DNA from: an uncultured Chitinophagales bacterium
GTDB lineage: Bacteria; Bacteroidota; Rhodothermia; Balneolales; HLUCCA01
Length of the DNA stretch: 64,000 nt
Assembly (NCBI GenBank): GCA_964473555.1
Contig: CAYYPL010000003.1
Location: 191,166 to 255,165 of the forward strand
Reading direction: 5' to 3'
Below, piece by piece: positions 56,174 to 64,000 of this stretch. Position numbers and translations under genes: made by a program. The notes under the pieces are model-generated. The model ran no database searches. It saw only the letters and a list, made by a program, of their open reading frames with translations, and had not been told where the DNA came from. Each line of letters opens with the position of its first letter. Positions within the stretch are counted from its first letter, which is position 1.

Positions 56174-59059
56174 ATGGTCAAGATCGAACAGGCACCTGCA
56201 ATTCATCACGATATGCTCACGCGAAGGCTTTTCGCAAACGACGCATCGATGTATCAAGAGATTCCCGAGGGAGTATTTTTTCCAAAGAATGAATCAGACA
56301 TTCAGGCTTTGGTAAGCTGGTGTGCCGCAAAGGGTGTATCGATTACGGCGCGAGCTGCTGGTACCAGTCTGGCTGGACAGGCAACCGGTGGTGGTATCGT
56401 GATGGACACTTCCAGATTCATGAATCAGATTCTGAAGATCGAGACGGATCGAAGTGTCGCTCACGTACAGCCTGGGGTCATTCGTGACACACTGAATCGC
56501 GAAATCGGTGCCTTCAAATTACAGTTTGGTCCGGACACCTCCACAACCAACCGTTGCATGATGGGTGGTATGATCGGCAATAACTCAGCCGGATCGTTTT
56601 CTCTGAAACACCGTACTACCCGAGAACATGTCAATCGTTTGCGTACCGTTCTCAGTGACGGCTCGATAGTAGAGTTTGGTCCGGTTACAAACGAAGAACT
56701 GAAACAAAAGTGCACGCTGGATACACTAGAAGGCAGGATCTATCGCGAAATGCTGGATCTCCTTCGCCAGCACAAGTCACTCATTCAGGACTCCTATCCT
56801 CATCCCGAAATAACTCGCCGAAACACAGGCTATGCACTGGATCGTTTGTGTGAAATGGAGCCTTTGACTGCTGGTGGTCGCCCGTTCAACCTGGCTGAGC
56901 TTTTGACCGGGAGTGAAGGGACTCTGGCAATGACCGTGGACGCCGAAGTTCGGCTGGTACCTTTGCCGGAGTACAAGATATTGATGGTTGGACAGTATAC
57001 CACACTTCATGAGTCGATGTTGGCAACCGTTATTGCCGCAAAAGCCGGTACGGCAGCTGTGGAGCTGATCGATGATATCATTATTGATGCAACCAAACTC
57101 AATATCGAACAGAGTCGTAATCGTTTTTTTATTGTCGGTGAGCCGAAAGCGGTTCTGATGATTCAGTTTGAGGGCGATGATCTGGATGAGTTACATGAGC
57201 GTGCGCAATGGCTTGAACGCGAGCTTCGTGGAAAAAATTTAGGGTATGACTACAAGGTCCTGACCGATGCAGACCAGATGAACCGGGTATGGGATCTTCG
57301 AAAAGCGGGATTGGGATTACTGATGGGTACGTGGGCAGAGTCGCGAACCCCTGAGTTTATCGAAGATACTGCGGTTCGGGTTGAAGATCTGCCACAGTAT
57401 ATCGAAGAATTTAAGCAGATCATGGCCAGGTACAATACCCATTCGGTCTACTATGCCCATGCATCCGTTGGCGAGTTGCATCTTCGACCGGAATTGAATC
57501 TGACGACCCGTGAGGGGCTCGAAACGATGAAGAAAATGGCCCTAGATGTGGCTCATTTGGTACGAAAATATCGGGGATCACTGTCGGGCGAACATGGTGA
57601 CGGGAGGGTTCGGGCGCCGTATATCCGGTATGTTCTGGGTGAAGAGATGATGCCCATACTTGCACAGGTCAAACGAATCTGGGATCCCGCCGGGATTTTC
57701 AATCCAGGTAAGATTGTGGATGCCAAGCCCATGGATGCCGACCTGAGATTTTATCCTGAAGACAAACACCCTCAATTCCCAACGGTATTCAGTTATCGTA
57801 CCGAGGGTAGTTTCATGTCTTTGGTAGATAAATGCAATGGTGCCGGAGTATGTCGTAAATTGGCAGCATCGGGTGGCACCATGTGTCCGTCGTATATGGC
57901 AACGAATGATGAAAAAGACTCGACACGGGGTCGGGCGAATGTATTTCGGCAGGTCTTCCGAGGGGATCGCCTGGACGCATTCGAATCTGATGATCTAAAA
58001 CAAGGCCTGGATCTGTGCCTGAGTTGTAAAGCCTGCAAGAGTGAGTGCCCAGCGAATGTGGACATGGCCAAGATGAAAGCAGAATTCATGCAGGGGTGGC
58101 ATGAGCGTAAAGGATCCACCTTGAGTGAACATTTTTTTGCACGATCGGAGGTTGTGTATCCACTGGCCGCGGCGTTCGCACCGTTGGTGAATGTATTGAA
58201 CGGGACGGGGTTTGGTAAAGGGGTTTTCCGGAATTTGTTCAAAATCCATCCAGAGCGTAACCTTCCGACTTTTAGTAGTAAACCCTTCCATCGATGGATG
58301 AGGAAGCAGGTGGTTGCGAATCCGGATGGTCCTGAAGTGCTGATTATGACCGATTATTTCATGAATTATCATGAACCGGAGATTGGAATCGCGATGGTTG
58401 AAGTGTTGCAACACCTGGGATACAGGGTTATGGCTACTCAACCGATGAGCAGCGGACGGACCTTGTTATCGAAGGGATTTGTGAAAGATGCGAAGAAGGT
58501 CGCCGAGAAAAACATCCGAAAACTGGCTCCATTTACACACAAAGGCATCTCGGTGATTGGACAAGAACCTTCGGAAATATTGACACTGAGAGATGAGTAT
58601 CTGGATTTGTGTAGTGAGGAGCAATTGTCTGATGCACAGACTCTGGCCAGAACGTCGTTCCTGTTCGAAGAATTCATCGCGAAGCATTTTAAGGAGCATC
58701 CTGAGGCTGGAAAACGTTTCCAGGCATCTGGAAAGGAAGTCCACGTACACGGACATTGTCATACCAAGGCGCTGGTTGGATCACAATCCATACTCGACAC
58801 CCTCAAAGGTGCCGGATTCAGTCCTATCGAACTTAAAACCGGATGCTGTGGTATGGCAGGAAGTTTTGGCTATGAGGAAGATCACTATGACGTATCGATG
58901 AAAATCGGTGAGCTGACCGTATTTCCAAAAGTGCGTGCACTCGAAAACGATGCTCTTTTGTGTGCTCATGGATTCTCATGCCGCCATCAGATCTCCGATG
59001 GAGTAGCCCGCCAGGCGCAACACACCGCGGTCATTCTTCAACATCATATCCGTCCATAA
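56174..59059 (+). CDS. FAD-linked oxidase fused to 4Fe-4S dicluster and CCG domains (YdiJ-like 2-hydroxyacid dehydrogenase)
   Basis: N-terminal PCMH-type FAD domain (ARAAGTSLAGQATGGGIVMD), Fe-S motifs CxxCxxCxxxCP (CLSCKACKSECP), and a C-terminal CCG motif (TGCCGMAGSFG). 961 aa. Confidence 0.8.
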   Translation: MVKIEQAPAIHHDMLTRRLFANDASMYQEIPEGVFFPKNESDIQALVSWCAAKGVSITARAAGTSLAGQATGGGIVMDTSRFMNQILKIETDRSVAHVQPGVIRDTLNREIGAFKLQFGPDTSTTNRCMMGGMIGNNSAGSFSLKHRTTREHVNRLRTVLSDGSIVEFGPVTNEELKQKCTLDTLEGRIYREMLDLLRQHKSLIQDSYPHPEITRRNTGYALDRLCEMEPLTAGGRPFNLAELLTGSEGTLAMTVDAEVRLVPLPEYKILMVGQYTTLHESMLATVIAAKAGTAAVELIDDIIIDATKLNIEQSRNRFFIVGEPKAVLMIQFEGDDLDELHERAQWLERELRGKNLGYDYKVLTDADQMNRVWDLRKAGLGLLMGTWAESRTPEFIEDTAVRVEDLPQYIEEFKQIMARYNTHSVYYAHASVGELHLRPELNLTTREGLETMKKMALDVAHLVRKYRGSLSGEHGDGRVRAPYIRYVLGEEMMPILAQVKRIWDPAGIFNPGKIVDAKPMDADLRFYPEDKHPQFPTVFSYRTEGSFMSLVDKCNGAGVCRKLAASGGTMCPSYMATNDEKDSTRGRANVFRQVFRGDRLDAFESDDLKQGLDLCLSCKACKSECPANVDMAKMKAEFMQGWHERKGSTLSEHFFARSEVVYPLAAAFAPLVNVLNGTGFGKGVFRNLFKIHPERNLPTFSSKPFHRWMRKQVVANPDGPEVLIMTDYFMNYHEPEIGIAMVEVLQHLGYRVMATQPMSSGRTLLSKGFVKDAKKVAEKNIRKLAPFTHKGISVIGQEPSEILTLRDEYLDLCSEEQLSDAQTLARTSFLFEEFIAKHFKEHPEAGKRFQASGKEVHVHGHCHTKALVGSQSILDTLKGAGFSPIELKTGCCGMAGSFGYEEDHYDVSMKIGELTVFPKVRALENDALLCAHGFSCRHQISDGVARQAQHTAVILQHHIRP

Positions 59060-59085
59060 GGACAGATAAAATAGGATCCTTCTGC

Positions 59086-59598
59086 TTAAAGCACCGTTTC
59101 CATCTTGAATTCGAAGCTTCGGTTGCAATCGTGCAGTGAGCGGATTTCACCGGTCCTGCGAAATCCAAGCTGTTCATACATCCGGTGTGCATCCAGAAAC
59201 CGGGTATCGGTCCACAGGTGAATGGAATTGGAGCCGCGGGATCTGGCAATTGCCAGGGCCTGGGTAGTCATCCATTTTCCAAGTCCGAGACCACGATAGT
59301 CTGCCTTGAGGTAAACCCTACTCAAATATGGCCCCCGGCCCACGTTCTTTATGGCGATACTGCCTATAATTTCGCCTTCCTCGGTAGTCAATGCCAGTAG
59401 TAAGGTCTCATCCGGATCGGCATAATGCTTGTCGTAGAACACAAAGTCGGGCAGTTCATCGATCTGGACAAACGTCCATCCATACTCATCGAAAACAGTA
59501 CGGATGATATCAGACATCGGCGCCAGGTCTGGCTTAGTAGCGGGCCTTAACACGAAAGTATGCCCATTGATCTGTGTGCTGAAGGAGTTCATATCCAA
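59086..59598 (-). CDS. GNAT-family N-acetyltransferase
   Basis: 170 aa with the acetyl-CoA-binding segment YRGLGLGKWM. Confidence 0.75.
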   Translation of the reverse strand: MDMNSFSTQINGHTFVLRPATKPDLAPMSDIIRTVFDEYGWTFVQIDELPDFVFYDKHYADPDETLLLALTTEEGEIIGSIAIKNVGRGPYLSRVYLKADYRGLGLGKWMTTQALAIARSRGSNSIHLWTDTRFLDAHRMYEQLGFRRTGEIRSLHDCNRSFEFKMETVL

Positions 59599-59691
59599 AA
59601 AATACAGGAAAAAGGCAGCTTTTCCACAATTCCTGAGTAAATCATCGTAGCTGAGCGCTTATTGGACAAGTGCAGGAGTCGTGTGCGCCTG

Positions 59692-60489
59692 TTAGATAGA
59701 ATCTGAGGTTGCGAAAACCGGATTGAACTCTTTGAGCGGGAGCGCGCCATAGGACTGAGAGTCACCCTCTGTACGTTCGAGGAGCATTTCATAAACAACT
59801 TTGTCGCTGCGATAGAAACGTTTTTGATAATAAACCGGTTTGCCTCCCAGGGTGTAAGAAACTCGTTTAAGTAGCATCAATGCCGTTCCATGAGGTACCT
59901 TCAGGAATCCAGCTACTTCGTTGGAAGCATTTTCGGCGCTGATTCTGTAGGTCCCGCGTAATATGGGTATTTCATAATCCACTTCCAGAATATCGTAGAT
60001 GGTCTTTTCGTTTAGCGAATCGGATTCCAGAAGCTGACCATACTTCATGGGTAACCAGGTGATATCGTATGCAATCGGTTCGTTGTCACCCAGACGTAAC
60101 CGATCGACCCGAACCACCAGTTGCCCTTCTTTGATCTCAAGTTTATCAGCAAGGGCTTTGGTTGCAGGTTCCTGCACAAAGGCAATAACCTGAGAAGAAG
60201 CCTTAAGACCTGCTTTTTTCATGTCCTCACTGAAGTCGGTGAGCTTGATGAGGGTTTGAGGATCTCTGAAGTCGCTGACAAATGACCCTAAACCCTGACA
60301 TCGGTATATCACCGATTCACTCTCCAGGGTTTGAAGAGCACGTCTAACTGTAACACGACTGACATCAAACTTTGTAGCCAGTTCATTTTCTGAAGGAATT
60401 TTCTGGTCAGGTTTAAGTGCGCCGGATTCAATCTGATCGAGTATCCAGTCAGATATTTGTGCGTGTAGTGATTTTCCTTGTTGTATCAT
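59692..60489 (-). CDS. GntR-family transcriptional regulator, HutC/FarR subfamily (UTRA effector domain)
   Basis: N-terminal winged helix IPSENELATKFDVSRVTVRRAL. The C-terminal domain, about 150 aa, has UTRA-like length. Confidence 0.85.
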   Translation of the reverse strand: MIQQGKSLHAQISDWILDQIESGALKPDQKIPSENELATKFDVSRVTVRRALQTLESESVIYRCQGLGSFVSDFRDPQTLIKLTDFSEDMKKAGLKASSQVIAFVQEPATKALADKLEIKEGQLVVRVDRLRLGDNEPIAYDITWLPMKYGQLLESDSLNEKTIYDILEVDYEIPILRGTYRISAENASNEVAGFLKVPHGTALMLLKRVSYTLGGKPVYYQKRFYRSDKVVYEMLLERTEGDSQSYGALPLKEFNPVFATSDSI

Positions 60490-60750
60490 TACTTGTAAAT
60501 ACAGGATTTAAGTTCATACCAAATATACGGCACAATTTTAGTACAAGCAATACCTGTATCTACAAGTTTGTGTATAAATCAACGATGATACCATATAAAA
60601 CACACTCATAATATGCTTTAAATGAGTATTTAAGGGTATCACGACTAAATTTGTCATTTTTTTATTTTTTTTGCTATGCTTGTATTGACAAGTAGTAACA
60701 TTACTTTCTATATTAGTGCTACAACACGAAATCATTATTAAAATTTTATC

Positions 60751-61314
60751 ATGACCGAACTACTGACACAACCCTGGCCCTGGTATGTTGCCGGACCGCT
60801 GATTGGACTCATTATTCCATTATTACTTTACTTTGGAAACAAAACTTTTGGATTTTCATCCAATTTTCGTCACGTATGTGCGGCCTGCTTTCCTGCCGGT
60901 ATTTACTTTTTCAACTACGACTGGAAGAAAGATGGTGCCTGGAATTTGATATTCCTGGTAGGCACGGTAGTTGGAGGATTCATGGGTGGATATCTTTTTG
61001 CCAACCCGGATCCGATTGTACTCACAGAGGGAACAAAAGCGTTTTTAAGTGCCAACATGGGCGTGACTGATTTCACGGGTTTTGTTCCATCCCAGATTTT
61101 TAACTGGGAGAGTCTGGGAACTGCATCGGGCATCATCATTTTGGCCCTGGGCGGATTTCTGATCGGATTTGGAACTCGCTATGCAGGTGGCTGTACTTCA
61201 GGCCATGCCATTTCTGGACTGGCCAACCTTCAGGTTGCCTCATTGATTGCTGTCATTGGATTCTTTATTGGTGGACTCCTGATGACCTACTTCATTCTGC
61301 CGGCACTACTGTAG
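60751..61314 (+). CDS. YeeE/YedE-family sulfur-compound transporter component
   Basis: Multi-pass membrane protein with the GTRYAGGCTSGH motif. Confidence 0.8.
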   Translation: MTELLTQPWPWYVAGPLIGLIIPLLLYFGNKTFGFSSNFRHVCAACFPAGIYFFNYDWKKDGAWNLIFLVGTVVGGFMGGYLFANPDPIVLTEGTKAFLSANMGVTDFTGFVPSQIFNWESLGTASGIIILALGGFLIGFGTRYAGGCTSGHAISGLANLQVASLIAVIGFFIGGLLMTYFILPALL

Positions 61315-61363
61315 TCTGCTCGAACAATATTGAGAAGTTAATAGACATTCAAATTAAACTGTT

Positions 61364-61792
61364 ATGATGAAAATCTCTGAAATTATCCGTTATCTGGTTT
61401 TTGGCATCTTCTTCGGTATTATCCTGGTCAAATCTGAAGTGGTGTCTTGGTTCCGGATTCAGGAAATGTTCCTTTTCGAATCCTTTCACATGTATGGAAT
61501 TATTGGATCGGCTATCCTCGTCGGAATGATTTCCATCCAGCTGATCAAACGATTTAATCTCAAGGACATTGATGGAAACCCAATCGTCGTTGCTCCTAAA
61601 GATGCTACCACCTGGAAAAGATATATCATTGGCGGATCTATTTTTGGACTTGGGTGGGCTATGGTTGGAGCTTGTCCGGCGCCGTTGTTCATCCTTTTGG
61701 GCTCTGGACTGTTCATAATTATTGTCCCGATAGTGTTCGCGATTGCTGGAACATGGGTCTATGGCAGATTGATGCACAAATTGCCCCACTAA
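61364..61792 (+). CDS. YeeE/YedE-family membrane protein (second half-transporter)
   Basis: 142-aa, 4-TM protein adjacent to the first YeeE/YedE gene. The motif GLGWAMVGACP is present. Confidence 0.7.
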   Translation: MMKISEIIRYLVFGIFFGIILVKSEVVSWFRIQEMFLFESFHMYGIIGSAILVGMISIQLIKRFNLKDIDGNPIVVAPKDATTWKRYIIGGSIFGLGWAMVGACPAPLFILLGSGLFIIIVPIVFAIAGTWVYGRLMHKLPH

Positions 61793-61839
61793 CGAATTTA
61801 AAAGAATGATAACAAAACAAAACAACTACGGAGAACAGT

Positions 61840-63258
61840 ATGTATTTCAAACAAATCTTTGATGAAAAACTCGCACAGTATTCATATATCATCGGATGCC
61901 AAAAAAATGGTGAAGCAATGGTTATTGATCCAATGCGCGACATTGACACATACATTCAGATCGCAGCCAAAGAAAATCTTAAGATCGTTGCTGCAGCTGA
62001 CACGCACATCCACGCCGATTATTTGTCCGGATTACGTGAATTGGCCGAGCGGGGAGTAAAAGTCTATGCCAGCGACGAAGGAGACAACGACTGGAAGTAC
62101 GAATGGCTCAAAGACAGCAGCTACAACTATCAGTTACTCAAAGACGGGGACACGTTCTCTATCGGTAACATCCGTTTCAAAGCGTGGCACACGCCGGGTC
62201 ACACACCAGAGCATTTGAGCTACTTCGTTACAGATGGAGCTGCAGCCGATGAGCCATTAGGTATCGCGACCGGTGACTTTGTTTTCGTTGGAGATGTGGG
62301 ACGACCTGATCTGCTTGAATCGGCTGCGGGACACACCGGGAATATGGAGCCTTCGGCTCGCCGTTTGTTCAAGACGGTTGAGGATTTTAAAAAAGTACCT
62401 GAGTACATGCAAATCTGGCCAGGTCACGGTGCAGGATCTGCTTGTGGTAAAGCTCTTGGCGCGATACCGGAGACCACCGTTGGATACGAGCTTCGTTTCA
62501 ACCAGTCCATCCGGGCTTCATCCAGTGAAGATAACTTCGTGAAATTTATTCTCGATGGTCAGCCTGAACCGCCGATGTACTTCGCCAGAATGAAGCGGGA
62601 TAACAAACTCGGACCAAACGTATTGGGATCACTCCCGAATCCAAAGCATTTGTCCCAGCTTGAAATCGGTAACATGGTGGGCAAAAAAGACAGTGTGATC
62701 ATCGATACCCGAACCAAGGAAGCCTTTGCTGCCTTGCACCTTCCCGGATCCTTACTTTCTACCTTAAACAAGCAGTTCAACACCATCGTGGGATCGTATG
62801 TAGAAGAAAATGAGTCCATGTATCTGGTTGTAGAACACCATCAGGTTCAGGAAGCCGTCATTGACCTGATCCGTATCGGGCTGGACAATATCGTGGGCTA
62901 CATCACTCCTGCTGATCTTTCACTGTATGCTGAAAATGGCGGCAACGTAGCTACCATGAAAGCCTATACCTTTGATGCCATCAAAGATCTGACCAGTGAA
63001 GAAGGATACGCCGTTCTTGATGTTCGCAAAGCCACGGAATATACTCTGGGGAGTATTCCTGGCGCCCAAAACATCGCTCATACCCGTCTTCACGTGCGGG
63101 TAAACGAGGTACCTCGCGACAAGAAACTTATTGTTCATTGTCAGGCTGGCGGACGCTCAGCCGTTGCCGCAGCATACCTTCAGCGAGCGGGCTACGATGT
63201 GCTCTTTGTAGACGACAAGTACGAGAATTATGAGGCACTGGTAGCAGCTACTGCCTGA
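61840..63258 (+). CDS. Persulfide dioxygenase (MBL fold) fused to rhodanese domains
   Basis: Motifs DTHIHADYLSG and WHTPGHTPEH (metal ligands). The C-terminal rhodanese active-site loop is VHCQAGGRSAVAA. Confidence 0.8.
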   Translation: MYFKQIFDEKLAQYSYIIGCQKNGEAMVIDPMRDIDTYIQIAAKENLKIVAAADTHIHADYLSGLRELAERGVKVYASDEGDNDWKYEWLKDSSYNYQLLKDGDTFSIGNIRFKAWHTPGHTPEHLSYFVTDGAAADEPLGIATGDFVFVGDVGRPDLLESAAGHTGNMEPSARRLFKTVEDFKKVPEYMQIWPGHGAGSACGKALGAIPETTVGYELRFNQSIRASSSEDNFVKFILDGQPEPPMYFARMKRDNKLGPNVLGSLPNPKHLSQLEIGNMVGKKDSVIIDTRTKEAFAALHLPGSLLSTLNKQFNTIVGSYVEENESMYLVVEHHQVQEAVIDLIRIGLDNIVGYITPADLSLYAENGGNVATMKAYTFDAIKDLTSEEGYAVLDVRKATEYTLGSIPGAQNIAHTRLHVRVNEVPRDKKLIVHCQAGGRSAVAAAYLQRAGYDVLFVDDKYENYEALVAATA

Positions 63259-63287
63259 TCGATTTAGATAACTCCATAGATAACATC

Positions 63288-63325
63288 AGGTACGGGAGCC
63301 GACAACTCCCGTACCTCCTTTTCTC
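63288..63325 (+). terminator. Rho-independent terminator
   Basis: AGGTACGGGAG-7nt-CTCCCGTACCT followed by a T-rich tail CCTTTTCTCC. Confidence 0.7.
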
Positions 63326-63370
63326 CTTTCACAACATCTCCTCCTTAACTGCTGACCATACAGCCAATCC

Positions 63371-64000
63371 ATGCAAACCTCCACTTCCCTGAAACGGTGG
63401 ATTCCCATTTTATCATGGCTTCCATCCTATTCATCCAATCTGCTCAAAGGTGATTTGACCGCTGGAATCACGGTCGCCGTGATGCTAATTCCACAGGGAA
63501 TGGCCTATGCGGTGTTGGCAGGACTTCCTCCGGTGTACGGTCTGTATGCCTCAACCATTCCGCTAATTTTGTATGCTATTTTTGGCACTTCCCGGGAGCT
63601 GGCTGTTGGTCCTGTTGCAATGGTATCTCTCATTGTCTTTGCTGGTATCGGCGCGATTGCTGAGCCCGGATCGGATCGATTCATTCAACTGGCCCTCTTG
63701 GCCACACTGGGTGTTGGGTTTGTTCAGCTGATGATGGGTTTATTCAGGATGGGATTTCTGGTTAACTTTCTGTCGCATCCCGTTCTAAGCGGATTCACAT
63801 CGGCCGCCGCAATCATTATCGGAGCCAGTCAGATAAAAAGTCTTTTTGGACTGGACATGCCCGGATCTTTGCCCGTACTGGAAACACTGTACACGGCTAT
63901 GATGCAGCTGGACACCTTAAATCTGGCCACTGCACTGATTGGTGTAGCCTCTGTTGTCACGATCATCGGTTTAAGAGCCTGGAAAAAAGCCTTCCCTTCA
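63371..64000 (+). CDS. SulP-family anion (sulfate) permease, N-terminal part (runs off the right edge)
   Basis: My own translation from the ATG at 63371 stays open to base 64000: MQTSTSLKRWIPILSWLPSYSSNLLKGDLTAGITVAVMLIPQGMAYAVLAGLPPVYGLYASTIPLILYAIFGTSRELAVGPVAMVSL. This is a classic SulP N-terminus. Confidence 0.85.
   Translation, partial: MQTSTSLKRWIPILSWLPSYSSNLLKGDLTAGITVAVMLIPQGMAYAVLAGLPPVYGLYASTIPLILYAIFGTSRELAVGPVAMVSLIVFAGIGAIAEPGSDRFIQLALLATLGVGFVQLMMGLFRMGFLVNFLSHPVLSGFTSAAAIIIGASQIKSLFGLDMPGSLPVLETLYTAMMQLDTLNLATALIGVASVVTIIGLRAWKKAFPS

Noticed and set aside
1-64000. Mobile genetic elements, prophage, rRNA or tRNA genes.
   Set aside because: No integrase, transposase, phage structural or recombinase-like ORF is in the track. 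Intergenic regions were read for tRNA T-loop-like GGTTCGAATCC motifs and rRNA-like stretches without success. This visual scan is not exhaustive, and tRNAscan-SE or Infernal would settle it.

Overview
This is a chromosomal segment that looks like the FCB group (Bacteroidota/Balneolota/Rhodothermota-like). The evidence is a Por/T9SS C-terminal sorting domain, five TonB-dependent receptors (TBDRs) with carboxypeptidase-regulatory-like N-termini, TAnnTTTG-type promoter motifs and many lipoprotein signals.

Gene content, left to right:
- 1-15.0 kb: a minus-strand beta-mannan utilisation locus. It holds a GH28-like fragment, a SASA-type esterase, a GPH symporter, GH5 and GH26 mannanases, a Tat-signal TIM-barrel isomerase, a mannobiose/cellobiose 2-epimerase, a GH130 phosphorylase, a T9SS beta-helix/CBM protein and a non-SusC TBDR. 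No SusD is present.
- 15.3-17.4 kb: a cyanophycinase lipoprotein plus an M20 peptidase.
- 17.8-29.2 kb: a CoA-transferase, a TBDR, ggt, a visibly GC-rich rsmF-like methyltransferase, a cyclophilin, htpX and a C/H/C-motif hypothetical protein (possibly LCIB-like beta-carbonic anhydrase).
- 29.3-34.6 kb: a transporter / GH109-like / nucleotidyltransferase / anomeric-kinase operon.
- 36.4-37.0 kb: a ParE/Phd toxin-antitoxin pair.
- 37.4-41.0 kb: an operon of a small Cys-motif protein, a Met/His-rich lipoprotein and a TBDR.
- 41.3-43.9 kb: a TBDR preceded by a clear TPP riboswitch.
- 46.1-59.6 kb: SRP RNA (ffs), lon, recN, dxs-xseB, fdxA-folP-cdaA, and a YdiJ-like FAD/Fe-S oxidoreductase.
- 59.7-64.0 kb: a HutC-type GntR regulator divergent from a YeeE/YedE x2, persulfide dioxygenase-rhodanese and SulP sulfur module.

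The least explained signal is non-coding:
- A roughly 100-nt structured element occurs three times (24.4, 37.1 and 41.2 kb).
- Most intergenic regions carry tandem arrays of 7-9 nt units. The same unit families recur at distant loci, often as inverted pairs that make long hairpins.
- In two places perfect hairpins enclose a stop codon.

No CRISPR array, transposase, integrase, rRNA or tRNA was recognised.
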